Origin: a virus
Lineage: Duplodnaviria > Caudoviricetes
Virus record (IMG/VR): IMGVR_UViG_3300021086_000004
Span: 26,732 to 90,731 of that record
DNA: 64,000 nucleotides
Strand: one strand, 5' to 3'
Shown in pieces: positions 1-9,634 of this stretch. The notes below the pieces were generated by a model that worked only from the letters and a program-made list of their open reading frames with translations, did no database searches and was not told the origin of the DNA. The position numbers were made by a program, and so were the translations under genes. How positions within the stretch are numbered: position 1 is the first letter of the stretch; every line of letters begins with the position of its first letter.

Positions 1-110
1 GAGGCTTCGAGGGCGCGGTCAACCTGGGCAGTGGCGTACGCGGACGCCTTCACGTCGGCCGCCGCAGCGACCTCCTCGCGCGTGACATAGCACGCCCGGG
101 TAATGCCCAT
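1..110 (-). CDS. Head-to-tail connector-like protein, 5' part (runs off window)
   Basis: ATG at 110 after AGGAAGG; MGITRACYVTREEVAAAADVKASAYATAQVDRALEAS resembles actinophage connector N-termini; position downstream of capsid genes. Confidence 0.6.
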   Translation of the reverse strand, partial: MGITRACYVTREEVAAAADVKASAYATAQVDRALEA

Positions 111-196
111 GCCCTTCCTGTCCCTTGCTTACTTGGCGCCGGCCCCGAGGGGCCGAAGGAGGAGCCGTATTCAGTTGTCGACCAGTGCCTATGCCG

Positions 197-913
197 TCAG
201 GTCGGCTCCACGATGTGCCAGCCCACGACCGACGTGTCGGTGACGACCCCCGTCACCGAGAACGACACCCCAGCCGACCGGCCCGACACCCACGCGATCC
301 CCGCCGGAGTGCCGCCGGTCGACTGCACCGTCAAGAAGATCAGCGAGGTTGCGGTGACCGCCGTCGTGGAGACCGCGACCGGCGTCGCGCCGTTCAGCGT
401 CAGCGTCCCGACGGTCGCCGCCCCGCCACCGGACTTGATCTGTAGACCCTTCCCCGCCGTGGCGATGACGAGGTTCCCCGAGGTGATGGTGCAGTTCCCC
501 GTCCCGGCGATCGTCGTCCCGGACAGGGCGCCTGTCGACGCGACCGAGGCCGCGGTGACCGCGCCGGTAGCCGCCACCGACGCCGCAGTCACGGCCCCGG
601 TGGCAGCAACGGACCCGGCGGTCACCGCACCCGACACGGCCAGGGACGACGGCGTGAACCCCGACTGGCCGACGGTCATGATCGTGCGGCCGGCGCGGTC
701 CTGGAGGTCGATCAGCGGCCCAGGGCCGCGTACGACGAGGGCCGCCGTGTTCGCGTTGGTGGTTTCCGCGTACACCGCCGCGCCGGTCCCTGAGGTGGAC
801 GCCTGGGTGGCGGAGACGGCGTGCCGGTTCGTGGCCCCGCCGGCCGGGGCAGACGACGCGGACACCGCGTCCGTGGCCGTGTCGACGGTCGCCGCGCGGA
901 CGGGGCTGGTCAC
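197..913 (-). CDS. Virion fibre/spike-like protein with 11-aa repeats
   Basis: GTG at 913 just after stop of upstream gene; Ala/Thr/Gly/Ser-rich, three GAVTA(A/G)SVA(A/S)T repeats; in structural cluster. Confidence 0.55.
   Translation of the reverse strand: MTSPVRAATVDTATDAVSASSAPAGGATNRHAVSATQASTSGTGAAVYAETTNANTAALVVRGPGPLIDLQDRAGRTIMTVGQSGFTPSSLAVSGAVTAGSVAATGAVTAASVAATGAVTAASVASTGALSGTTIAGTGNCTITSGNLVIATAGKGLQIKSGGGAATVGTLTLNGATPVAVSTTAVTATSLIFLTVQSTGGTPAGIAWVSGRSAGVSFSVTGVVTDTSVVGWHIVEPT
534..632 (-). repeat. 3 x 33-bp tandem repeat encoding GAVTAxSVAxT
   Basis: Seen directly; synonymous positions diverge, so it is a protein-level repeat. Confidence 0.85.
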
Positions 914-920
914 TGCGGCC

Positions 921-1301
921 TCACCCAGTCCCTCGGGTACTGCCATCCGTCCCACTTGCAGTGGTACGTCCCGCCCGGCCCTGGTTCGAGCGGTTCCCCG
1001 TCGTTCGGGCAGGCCTCTGGGCGCTGGCTCGCCCACTGCTCGTGCTGCTGTCGGGCGTCTCGGAGGATGTCGATGAGCTGGTACCAGGAGATACGTCCTC
1101 ACCCTCTCCGCCGTCGTCGTCTTGGTCTGGTTCGGTCCAGCCGGGTTCGCCTGGCGCGGCGTTCCGGTCGGAGGGGCCGCCGTGGGCGGTGATCTTCGGC
1201 ACGATCGCTGTCCTTCCCATCGGCTCGGCGGTGCCGCAGCGCGGGCACGCGGACAGCCGCAGGCCGAACCCGGCCCCGCAGCCCCCGCACACCCACGCCA
1301 C
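921..1301 (-). CDS. Phage protein with N-terminal CxxC..CxxC and Ser/Thr-rich tail
   Basis: CGGC/CPRC, PKITAHGGPS motif recalled from Streptomyces prophage head clusters. Confidence 0.7.
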   Translation of the reverse strand: MAWVCGGCGAGFGLRLSACPRCGTAEPMGRTAIVPKITAHGGPSDRNAAPGEPGWTEPDQDDDGGEGEDVSPGTSSSTSSETPDSSTSSGRASAQRPARTTGNRSNQGRAGRTTASGTDGSTRGTG

Positions 1302-1313
1302 GGCCCCGCCCCT

Positions 1314-1799
1314 CTATGCGGCCACGAGGGTGGCGCCGTCGGTCAGCGGCACCCACAGCACGTACCAGGAGATCACCCCGTCGGTCCCCGCGGACACCGA
1401 CTGGATCTTGCCGGTGGGGATCGCGATCGGCGGCAGGCTGAAGCCGTAGCCGGCGGACGTGTTCCCGGTCGGCGACATGAGCTTGTACGGGGTCGTTCCC
1501 GCTGTCGCCGGACTGCCGAACCCCAGCAGCGACCCGGCCGCCGTGTCGGTGGTGCCGATGTCGACAGCTGCGCACAGCGGGGCCGCGTCCCCCGTCGTCG
1601 GGGTGACCTTCAGGTAGTACGAGTTCGCGACGGTGATCGCGGTGGTGACCTTGCCGTACACGGCAGTCAGCAGCACCTCACCCCCGGCGACGATGAACAG
1701 GTCAACCGTCGTCGCGGCCAGCGTGCCGGTGGACTTGGTGACCGGGCCGAGGCCGAAGAGCGCCTTCCGGAACGCGGAGTTGTTCAGCGCGACAGTCAT
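1314..1799 (-). CDS. Virion structural protein (putative head decoration)
   Basis: Beta-rich Thr/Ala/Gly composition; follows capsid genes. Confidence 0.7.
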   Translation of the reverse strand: MTVALNNSAFRKALFGLGPVTKSTGTLAATTVDLFIVAGGEVLLTAVYGKVTTAITVANSYYLKVTPTTGDAAPLCAAVDIGTTDTAAGSLLGFGSPATAGTTPYKLMSPTGNTSAGYGFSLPPIAIPTGKIQSVSAGTDGVISWYVLWVPLTDGATLVAA

Positions 1800-1809
1800 C
1801 CCGGGCCGC

Positions 1810-2331
1810 CTATGCCAGCGCCGCGGCGAGGTTCGCCGGGGTCCGCTTGATCGCCAAGTCGTGCAGGATGTACAGGCACGAGATCAACTGCGCCCCGGCT
1901 GCGCCCGTGTCCGCGATGTCCAGCGACACGTACTTGTACCCGTCGGCCAACTGCACCGCCCGCACCGGAATCACCAGGATCTGCTGGTGCTCCGCCGAGG
2001 TGCCAGCCCCGCCCGGGTCGGTGATCGTCGCCGCCGCGGACTGCGTCACCTTCGACCACGTCTCCGTGCCGGCGAGGGTCGCCGCGTCCTTCAGGTAGTA
2101 GTGGTCGATCGTGGCGAGGTTCGCCGACGTGCCCGACGAGGACGCGGTGTGCTGCTTCAGCGTCACCACCGGGTCATCGTTGGCGGTGCCGGCCGCCTTG
2201 AACACGACGATGCTGACCGCGCCCGCGTTCTTCAACGAGACGCGCTTGCCGGTCATCGCGGCGGTTTGGCTGTCGACGAGGACGATCCCCGCCGACAGGT
2301 CGAATTCGTTCCCGAGGCCTTCTTGTGCCAT
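1810..2331 (-). CDS. Virion structural protein (putative head decoration)
   Basis: RBS GAAGGAG before ATG; position downstream of major capsid gene. Confidence 0.75.
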   Translation of the reverse strand: MAQEGLGNEFDLSAGIVLVDSQTAAMTGKRVSLKNAGAVSIVVFKAAGTANDDPVVTLKQHTASSSGTSANLATIDHYYLKDAATLAGTETWSKVTQSAAATITDPGGAGTSAEHQQILVIPVRAVQLADGYKYVSLDIADTGAAGAQLISCLYILHDLAIKRTPANLAAALA

Positions 2332-2432
2332 CCCTGTGCTCCTTCAGTTGGAGTGCCCCGGCCGGGGCGGGACTGCCGGCCCGGGTGGTGCGGCCGGCCC
2401 GGGGGTTCATTGCCGGGCCGGCCCGTAGCGGG

Positions 2433-2945
2433 TCAGACGTCGGGGGTGATCTCCGTCGGGTCGGACGCGGCGATGGTGAACCGCTCCGCGTTGCCGGGGA
2501 CGACGACGACCAGGAGGTCGCCGGTCGCGGCCCGCCCGCCGAACGCGGCCTCCGCGTGGACGGTCGCCTGCCCGAGGGTGCCGGTCGCGGCAGCGACTGC
2601 GGTGCCGTCGCCGTTGTCGGTCAGGTTCAGGACCGTCGCGTCGTCCACTGTGTAGGTGACCGTCGCGTCCGCCGGGGCCGCGACGGGGTTCCCGACTTCG
2701 TCGGTGTACTCGCCGGACAGGGTGGTCTGCTGGTCGGCCTTCAAGTCCATGATCGTGTCCAATCTTCCCGTTGCCGGTGCCGTAGGTGTTCCGGGCTGCG
2801 GCCCGGGGGTCGGATTGTCGGCGGGCGCTGCGATGCGCCACGCCCAGCCGAGGATCGGGAGCCGGGACGCCAGCAGCATCCGCTCGTCCCGGACGACGTC
2901 GCCCAGGACTTCGCGGTGCCACGGAGGCATGCCGGCCGGCGCCAT
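2433..2945 (-). CDS. Ig-like domain structural protein
   Basis: ATG 2945 two nt after capsid stop (alternative start 2750); C-terminal VTYTVDD..LTDNGDGTAVA pattern typical of Ig-like folds. Confidence 0.6.
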   Translation of the reverse strand: MAPAGMPPWHREVLGDVVRDERMLLASRLPILGWAWRIAAPADNPTPGPQPGTPTAPATGRLDTIMDLKADQQTTLSGEYTDEVGNPVAAPADATVTYTVDDATVLNLTDNGDGTAVAAATGTLGQATVHAEAAFGGRAATGDLLVVVVPGNAERFTIAASDPTEITPDV

Positions 2946-2947
2946 GG

Positions 2948-4315
2948 TCAGGTCCGGGTGCTGTTCAGTTCGACGAACGGCGAAAGGGTCGGACCGCCAT
3001 TTGCCGGGGTAATTGCGGACATAACCCACGGCCTTCCGTCGACTCGCTGGATGATCCGCCACGTGGTCTTGTCGGAGCCGAACAGGAAGTCGGTCGAGGA
3101 GTTGACCATCATCGTCTGCCGGTCACCGACGAGGTAGTAGGAGAGGTCCGCGAAGACGATGTCGCCCTGCGTCCCCAACTGCGAGCACTTCTCGGTGATG
3201 AGCAGGGGGCGGCCGTAGATCGTCGCCGGCGCCGGACCCGCCGCGTTGGTGAACATGACCGGGGCGCCGCCGGTGCCGACCGAGAGGGCCATCTCCGCGA
3301 GCTGCGGCCACGAGTCCGGGGAGCAGAACCACACCGCCCGGGACAGGCTGGCGGGGAGCATCCGCGAGTACATGCGGTTGATGTTCTCGATGACGATGGT
3401 GTTCGCGCCCTGGCCGGTCTGCGCGGTCTGGACGACGGTGGCCGGGTTCCCCAGGAAGCCCAGCGGCTCACCCGCGCCGCTCCCGGAGAAGAAGCCGAGG
3501 TCTTCGAAGAACGCGATGGCTTCGGGCCATTTGGTCTCGACGAGCGCGGCGAACGACATGAGGGAGTCCGCGAGGAGTTCGTTCGGGACTGCGGACAGGC
3601 CGGTGAGCTTCTTCGCGTCGAGCTCGACGCGGCCGAACTTCATGGACGAGTCGGTGAGGGACGCGCCTTCCTCACCCCAGTAGGCGATCATCCCGCCGAA
3701 CACGGAGCCGGCGTTCGTCGTCGAGTCGATCATCGGGATCGGCACGCGGGCCGACTCCATCGGCAGCACCGTCGCCCGCGGCCGGACGATCGACTGCTCC
3801 AGGGCGATCTGCAACAGGTTCGCCCGCAGCGTTTCGGGGACGAGGAACCCGCCGTCCGCCGGCACCGTGGAGCCGAAGGCGTTCCGGATCGCGTTGAGCT
3901 TCGCCCGCTGCTCCTGCGCCTCCGGGGTGTTGTTGTGGTGCCACACCGCCTTCGCGAACTCGGCGCCGGTGCGGAACATGGCGTCGACCTGCGCCCCCGC
4001 CGACGCCGGGTTGTACGCGGCGCCCTGCCGGTGGCTCGTGAGCATGTTCGCCGGGCGGGTCTGCGGGTCCAGGTTGAGCCGGCGGATCGCCCCGCCGAGT
4101 TCCGGGTCCTGCCGCGCGAGGGCCGCGGTCTGCCGCTCGACCTCTTCGGCGACGAGCCGTGAGATGTCGGTACCGGGGGCCTGCTGGGAGTTGGCGTACC
4201 CCTGGACCCAGTCCCGGAGGGCGCCCTTGGACGCGAGGATGCTCGCCGACGCAGTCGGGTCGTTGAGCATCTCCTCCATCTCGGCGGCGTTCTTCGGGAT
4301 CGCGGGTGCGGTCAT
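2948..4315 (-). CDS. Major capsid protein, HK97 fold
   Basis: DGGFLVPE, YWGEEGASLTDSSMKFGRVELDAKKLTG, RVDGRP motifs; ATGA overlap with protease stop. Confidence 0.95.
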   Translation of the reverse strand: MTAPAIPKNAAEMEEMLNDPTASASILASKGALRDWVQGYANSQQAPGTDISRLVAEEVERQTAALARQDPELGGAIRRLNLDPQTRPANMLTSHRQGAAYNPASAGAQVDAMFRTGAEFAKAVWHHNNTPEAQEQRAKLNAIRNAFGSTVPADGGFLVPETLRANLLQIALEQSIVRPRATVLPMESARVPIPMIDSTTNAGSVFGGMIAYWGEEGASLTDSSMKFGRVELDAKKLTGLSAVPNELLADSLMSFAALVETKWPEAIAFFEDLGFFSGSGAGEPLGFLGNPATVVQTAQTGQGANTIVIENINRMYSRMLPASLSRAVWFCSPDSWPQLAEMALSVGTGGAPVMFTNAAGPAPATIYGRPLLITEKCSQLGTQGDIVFADLSYYLVGDRQTMMVNSSTDFLFGSDKTTWRIIQRVDGRPWVMSAITPANGGPTLSPFVELNSTRT

Positions 4316-5895
4316 GGTGCCCCTCTCAGTGCGGCGAGTTGTTGGTCGACGGTCGTCGCCGGCCGAGGAGGTACGAGGTGTTGGGTGAGCGCGGCCCACG
4401 GGTCCGGGCCAGCCGAGGCCGGCTCAGGCTGCGCGGGCTGGGTTGGTGCGGTCCGTCCGGCGGGGAACGCCCCCGCTGTTGCCATGACCGGTTCGGCGAA
4501 CTCGGCGGCCTGTAGCTCGGCCGGCGGGCTGTCGGGCTCGGCCGTGCCCGGCTCGCCGGGGTGGTCGAGGTCACCCGGCGAGCCGGGAGCATCGGCGGCC
4601 ACCGCGGGGGAGGCAGCCGGAACGGGGTCAGGGATGGCGACGGCGGACGCGGGCTCTTCCTCGGCCACGGGCGCCTCCGGGGGATCGGCGGGCGCGTCGG
4701 CGTCCGGGGGTAGCGCCAGTTCCGGGCCGGGCTCGCCAACGAGCCGCGGTCCACCGGGCTGGGGCTCCGGGATCGTGACCACGGAGGCGACCGGCCCCGG
4801 CGCGGCCTCGCGGCCCGGGTACCGGAACACCGACAGGTCCCACCCGGCCGCCGGCCGCACGTCGGACCGTGCCGCAGCAGGCTCAGCCCCCCGCTTCTTC
4901 GGCGCCACCATGACCTCATCGGCCAGGCCAGCGCCCACGGCCTCGTCGGCCGTGTACCACTGCTCGCTGCGCATCGTGTCCCGCCACGACTTCACCGACC
5001 CGCCCGCGCGGTCGTGGTAGATCCCGGCGATCCCGTCGGACACCCGGTCGAGGATCGCGGCCATCTCGCCCATGTCGGCGGCGTTGCCTATGCACAGGCC
5101 GGAGGCGTCGTGAACCATCATCTCCGCCCCACGGCCCATGATCACCTTATCGGCGGCCTGCGCGATGAACGACGCGGCCGACGCGGCCAGCCCCTCGATC
5201 CGGCACGTGACCGTGGCGGGGTGGTCGACCAGGGCGTTGTACATCGCGGTGCCGTCGAACACGTCCCCGCCCGGCGAGTTCACCCGCAGGAGGATCTCCG
5301 GAGAGTCGATCTCGGCCAGCGCCCGGCAGAACATCTCCGCGCTGACTCCCCAGAATCCGATCTCGTCGTACAGCCACACCTCGACCGGTCCGGCGTCGTC
5401 GTGGTTGACGATCCGCCACCGGTCCGCGGCGGCCCGCGCGGCGGGGGGCTCATGCTTGAACGAGGCGCCCGGGCGGGTCAGGTCCCGGAGCGCGGCCGGG
5501 GCGTGAAGCCGCCGCCGGCTCGCCGGCTGGCCCGCCGCGTGGTCGTCCGTGCCCGCGTCGTCGAGGTGCGCCTGGAGGTGCTTCCGGACCGCGTCCTGCT
5601 CGGCGGCGGGGATGTCGGACTGCGGGAGCCGGGACAGGGCGTTCCGGGCGCCAGCCAGGATCGCCGCGCCGGGCTTCCCGTCCGCGTCGACCTCGTGGTG
5701 CGGCATCTTCGCAGCCGCCTTCGGCAGCTCCCCGCCGTCGACCTGCGCGGAGTCGTACCAGCCGTAGGCGGCCTTCGCCGTGGCCAGGGTCATCGGCGAC
5801 GGAAGGCGTTTCTCGTTCGCGCCGCCGTCCCACGGCTTATCGACGGTGGCGGTGTGGTGCACCGGCACGGCGGTGTCAACGACAGTCGACGTCAC
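4312..5895 (-). CDS. Head maturation protease, ClpP-like, with N-terminal extra domain and Pro/Ala-rich C-terminal tail
   Basis: RVNSPGGDVFDG, GLAASAASFI, MMVHDAS, AVGAGLADEV ClpP motifs. Confidence 0.92.
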   Translation of the reverse strand: MTSTVVDTAVPVHHTATVDKPWDGGANEKRLPSPMTLATAKAAYGWYDSAQVDGGELPKAAAKMPHHEVDADGKPGAAILAGARNALSRLPQSDIPAAEQDAVRKHLQAHLDDAGTDDHAAGQPASRRRLHAPAALRDLTRPGASFKHEPPAARAAADRWRIVNHDDAGPVEVWLYDEIGFWGVSAEMFCRALAEIDSPEILLRVNSPGGDVFDGTAMYNALVDHPATVTCRIEGLAASAASFIAQAADKVIMGRGAEMMVHDASGLCIGNAADMGEMAAILDRVSDGIAGIYHDRAGGSVKSWRDTMRSEQWYTADEAVGAGLADEVMVAPKKRGAEPAAARSDVRPAAGWDLSVFRYPGREAAPGPVASVVTIPEPQPGGPRLVGEPGPELALPPDADAPADPPEAPVAEEEPASAVAIPDPVPAASPAVAADAPGSPGDLDHPGEPGTAEPDSPPAELQAAEFAEPVMATAGAFPAGRTAPTQPAQPEPASAGPDPWAALTQHLVPPRPATTVDQQLAALRGAP

Positions 5896-5991
5896 GGGCG
5901 CCCCCTCATGGTCGAGCCCCAACCCACGGGAACTCGGGTAGCAGCCGCCAGCCGGTCGGCCGGATACCGAGCGCCTCGGCTGTCAGGGCGG

Positions 5992-6204
5992 TCATGGGCG
6001 CCCCTCGCCGTTGGTAGCTCCCCGGCCCCACGCACGCCCGGCGGGTGGCCGGCCGCAACGACAGCCATCCACGCAGCACATCGGCCGCGGGTCGTCCGGC
6101 TTGTAGATGTCGTGCAGCAGCCCGGCGTGTGGGCAGGCCGGATCATTCGGGCAGACCAGCCAGACTGGCGCAGGCCCGCCATCGCCTACGGTGACTGAGG
6201 TCAT
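5992..6204 (-). CDS. Small Cys/His-rich hypothetical protein
   Basis: ATGA overlap with portal stop; CPNDPAC, CCVDGCRC. Confidence 0.55.
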   Translation of the reverse strand: MTSVTVGDGGPAPVWLVCPNDPACPHAGLLHDIYKPDDPRPMCCVDGCRCGRPPAGRAWGRGATNGEGRP

Positions 6205-8426
6205 CGCCAGACCCCACATATCGTTCCTCGGCAGCGTTCGCGGCCGAGGCAGCCGACGTACCCGCCGTACGCACCGCCCGGGTACGCGGCCAGGACCATG
6301 TCCATCTGGTCGGTATTTCCCAACCATGTACCATTGACCGATTTGCACGGGTTACAGGTGTTACGGTCGTTCCGTTCGTTTGCGTATACGCTGCCAGCCG
6401 GCCCGGCCTGCAACGTCTCGACCCGGGCCGCGTTCTGAGCCCCGGTCAGTGCCCCGCCGCACCAGTCCGCCGGGGCCGCGTCCGTCAGCAGGTCCAGCGC
6501 CTCCTGCACCGCCTCCGCCACCGCGTCAGCCGTAGCGGCCGGGCCGTTCGCCCGCATCGCCGCGGCCACCGCGGACAGCCGCAGCAGGTCCGCCAGCGCA
6601 GCCGCGACCACAGCGGCGACCTCGGCCAGGTCCGCCGACGACGGGGTACGTGGTGCCGTGGTCACGCCCTGGTCGGCGGCCTCCGCGACGACACGGCCGG
6701 CGGCGAGCGCGGCGAGGTCTTCCATCGACTTCACGATCTCGGCTGCGGCGGCCTCGGTGTCGACGCTCATGCTGGCGAGGTCGGACAGCCGCCCGGTTTC
6801 GGCGAGCCGCCGCACCTCCTCGACCAGCTGCTTCTTCTGCGCGCCGCGGATCGGGCCGAGCGCGGCCAGGAGCGCGGCCAGCGCGGCCTCCCACTGGTCC
6901 TGCAACGGGCTGACATCGGGGAGCTCGGACGGGGCCAGGTCGGGGTGCGCGTCAGCGTTCCGTGGCAGCCCGGGGAGGGCGCGCCAGTGCTGGTCCAGGC
7001 GGGTCGCCACGGCGGCCACCGGAGCGGCGGGGGCCGCGTCTACGGGTGCGGGCGCCGACTCGTCGAGGCCCGCACCGGCGCGGTTCAGGATCCCCCGCGC
7101 TTCCTCCCACGTCAGGCACGACCCGACGCCGAGGTAGATCTTCTGGACCATCTCCGCCAGTTCACGCGGGGACAGGGCTGCGAGCGGGCCGGTCGTGATC
7201 GCCATGTCGGGCAGGCCGACCGCCATGAGCGCCTCGGCCGGGTCCGCTCCCCCGTCAACGAGCGTCTTCCACGCGGTCGTCCTCGCGGTCAGGTGCTCGT
7301 TCTCCGCCTGTTGGTCCGGCGGCACGGGTGAATCGAAGTCGAACTCCAGGCCAACGCCGGTCGCCCCGTACAGCTTGAGTAGCTCGGTGTTGAGAGCGCC
7401 CTTGATCCGCCCGCACCGCGGCTTCACCTTCCACCGGGCGAAGATCACCTCCGCGGCCTCGGCCTCCGCCCGCGAGTGCCCGACGTCGGACCCGCCCAGG
7501 AACTGCACGTGCATCCCGAACGCCTCGCGGATGATCTCCCGCCCGACCTGCTGCAACTCGACGAACTGCATGTCCCTTTGCGTGTACTTCCGGTCGACCC
7601 AGGTGCCGTGCTCGATGACCGCGACCCGGTGCGCGTTCGCCACCCCGCGGTGCTGCTCCGCCCACCGGGTGCGGAGTTCGTTGAACTCGTCCTCTTGGAG
7701 ACGCGTCCCGGCCGGGATCTGAATGATCCCGCCCGGCTCGGCACTGTTTGCGAAGAAATTCCTGTTCCATTCGGCCGTGTACCGGACCGCGTCGAGGTTC
7801 GTCAGCAGGCTCTGGACCGGTCCCATGCCGCGGTACGAGTCCAGCGGGTTCGGCATCCGCAGGAAGATCACCTCGTCGAGGCCGAGCGGGATCCGCTCCC
7901 CATCCGGGCTGAGGTACTCGTACCCGGACAGGTACGTCTTCGGGTCCGGCACCGGCGCCATGCGGTCGGGCCGGACGGGCCACAGTTCGAGGGGCAGCTT
8001 CCCGGGGCCGCGGGCGATCACCCACCACGCCTCCCCGGTCAGGTCGAGGTGCTGCTGGCTCACCTCGACAAATTCTTGCCTCGGCATAAAGGGGTTGGGT
8101 TTGTTCCACAGGTCGAGGGCGGCGTGGCGCATCACCTCGACCCGGTCCTCGTCCTTGCCGGTGGGCGACGTGCGGTACAGGTGCCAGCCGACCTCGGCCG
8201 TCGTCGTCGACAACAGGTGGACGATCTGGAACAGGGTCCCGACGGAGCCCATCGCGCGCATCTGCGCGTCCGGGGAGCCGGCCTGCTGCATCCCCGACAG
8301 GAGCCCGCCGATCGACGACCTGGGCGCGTACGGGACGGGCAGCTCGTTGCGGGCCTGGACGGGGGGGCGGGTGATGACGGTGGGGCCTCGGACGGCGTCA
8401 GCGATGGCGCCAACCAGAGACCTCAC
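6201..8426 (-). CDS. Portal protein fused to MuF-like minor head domain
   Basis: HK97-type portal motifs (LTGEAWW, ELWPVRPDRM, YRGMGPV, FFANSAEPGG); C-terminal NDRNTCNPC and CLGRERCRG resemble MuF. Confidence 0.9.
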   Translation of the reverse strand: MRSLVGAIADAVRGPTVITRPPVQARNELPVPYAPRSSIGGLLSGMQQAGSPDAQMRAMGSVGTLFQIVHLLSTTTAEVGWHLYRTSPTGKDEDRVEVMRHAALDLWNKPNPFMPRQEFVEVSQQHLDLTGEAWWVIARGPGKLPLELWPVRPDRMAPVPDPKTYLSGYEYLSPDGERIPLGLDEVIFLRMPNPLDSYRGMGPVQSLLTNLDAVRYTAEWNRNFFANSAEPGGIIQIPAGTRLQEDEFNELRTRWAEQHRGVANAHRVAVIEHGTWVDRKYTQRDMQFVELQQVGREIIREAFGMHVQFLGGSDVGHSRAEAEAAEVIFARWKVKPRCGRIKGALNTELLKLYGATGVGLEFDFDSPVPPDQQAENEHLTARTTAWKTLVDGGADPAEALMAVGLPDMAITTGPLAALSPRELAEMVQKIYLGVGSCLTWEEARGILNRAGAGLDESAPAPVDAAPAAPVAAVATRLDQHWRALPGLPRNADAHPDLAPSELPDVSPLQDQWEAALAALLAALGPIRGAQKKQLVEEVRRLAETGRLSDLASMSVDTEAAAAEIVKSMEDLAALAAGRVVAEAADQGVTTAPRTPSSADLAEVAAVVAAALADLLRLSAVAAAMRANGPAATADAVAEAVQEALDLLTDAAPADWCGGALTGAQNAARVETLQAGPAGSVYANERNDRNTCNPCKSVNGTWLGNTDQMDMVLAAYPGGAYGGYVGCLGRERCRGTICGVWR

Positions 8427-8770
8427 GCCGTGCCGCTGTCAGGGGCGTCGGGGTCGACGATGACCGGCGGGCGTGGGGGGCGGGACAGCCAGTCGAGGGT
8501 GACCAGCGATGCGGCGGTGGCGAGGAGCCCGGGCCACAGGCCGGCGGCGACGTAGGCGGCTGCGGTGGCGCAGCCGAACCCGGCGGTCAGCAGTGCGGCT
8601 GGGCGGAAGGCGCGCCAGGCCCGGCCTGCGGCGCGGGTCAGGGCGTCGCGGCGGGCAGCCGGCCGTGTGACGGCGAGGGTCTTCCCGATGAGCGATGCCG
8701 GCGCCGTTGCCGGTTGCGGCCCGCCGCGGACCCCGTTCGAGTGAACGTGGGGTGCCGCGACAGTAACCAT
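8423..8770 (-). CDS. Small membrane protein preceding portal
   Basis: Two hydrophobic segments; GTGA overlap with portal start; TACCCT -10-like box just upstream. Confidence 0.65.
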   Translation of the reverse strand: MVTVAAPHVHSNGVRGGPQPATAPASLIGKTLAVTRPAARRDALTRAAGRAWRAFRPAALLTAGFGCATAAAYVAAGLWPGLLATAASLVTLDWLSRPPRPPVIVDPDAPDSGTA

Positions 8771-8894
8771 CACTGCGGAGGGTAACCCCGGTGGCAAGCG
8801 TCCGGACGCGGCCGGATGGTAATGGACGCTACCGGGCGAGTCGCGCTAGCCCATTCGGGGAGCGGGCCACGGCGAGTAGCGGCGGGCGAGGCGG

Positions 8895-9107
8895 TCAGTT
8901 CGAGGACTGGCGCGGCACGTTCAGGAACTCTTCGAGCGCGGACCGCTCATCGGTGAAGACGACGTCGAGCGTTACGGTCACGTCGGGCAGGCCGTCGAGC
9001 CGGTCGGCCAGCAGCGCCCGCTGCTCTTCCGTCATCCCGGCGGTGACGTCGTTGGCGTCCTGGCCAGCGGCCTGCATCTTGGCCCGCATGCCCTCGTGCT
9101 TGGTCAC
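8895..9107 (-). CDS. Hypothetical protein
   Basis: GTGA-coupled to upstream gene; GGAGAC RBS. Confidence 0.6.
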   Translation of the reverse strand: MTKHEGMRAKMQAAGQDANDVTAGMTEEQRALLADRLDGLPDVTVTLDVVFTDERSALEEFLNVPRQSSN

Positions 9108-9634
9108 GTCGTCTCCCTGGGTGGTTCATCGGCGATGTCCAGGTCGGCTCTGACGGTAGCGGCGAAAGCGGAGAGAGCGTCGAGCCGCGCGTGGGCATCG
9201 GCCAGGAGTGCCCCCTGCGCTTCCCGTGCCTGCGCGAGAGCGGCATCTGTCCGTGCAACTTCCCGGCCGCGCGCGCTGTTCGGGTTCTCGGGGCAGTCGT
9301 GCCGGGAGTGCCACCTGCGGACGTACGAGTCGGACCGGCTGTACCGCACGTACCGGACCGTCTCGAACACCCTGGCCGCGATGTCGAGTACGACAGGGAG
9401 CGTGAACACGCCGCAGACCACGGCCGGCCAAGCCCAGCCCACGTGCTGGTCGCGGAAGTCCAGCGTGAGCGCGCCGAAGATCAGGGAGATGAACCCGAAC
9501 AGGGCCATGAACAGGACTTCGGCGAGACCTTCGAGTCCGTCGAGGCTGGGCAGTTGCGGGACGTTCAGGCAGCGCGGTTCGGGGTCCGGGTCGAGGCTGA
9601 GACTGGTCCAGGCGGTGGGGGTGTTCTTGGTCAT
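9104..9634 (-). CDS. Membrane protein (2 TM) with coiled-coil tail
   Basis: ATGA overlap at 9631-9634; hydrophobic VLFMALFGFISLIFGALTL and WPAVVCGVFTLPVVL. Confidence 0.7.
   Translation of the reverse strand: MTKNTPTAWTSLSLDPDPEPRCLNVPQLPSLDGLEGLAEVLFMALFGFISLIFGALTLDFRDQHVGWAWPAVVCGVFTLPVVLDIAARVFETVRYVRYSRSDSYVRRWHSRHDCPENPNSARGREVARTDAALAQAREAQGALLADAHARLDALSAFAATVRADLDIADEPPRETT

Noticed and set aside
8775-8790. Third copy of the 21-bp motif (GTAACCC at 8782)
   Set aside because: Only the 7-bp half matches; the other half agrees at about 5 of 10 positions
213-9397. Long plus-strand ORFs over the structural genes (e.g. 213-1076, 1633-2655, 2786-4162, 5014-6198, 7476-8555)
   Set aside because: Antisense shadows of clear minus-strand genes; stop codons are scarce in high-GC DNA, and the products have no motifs
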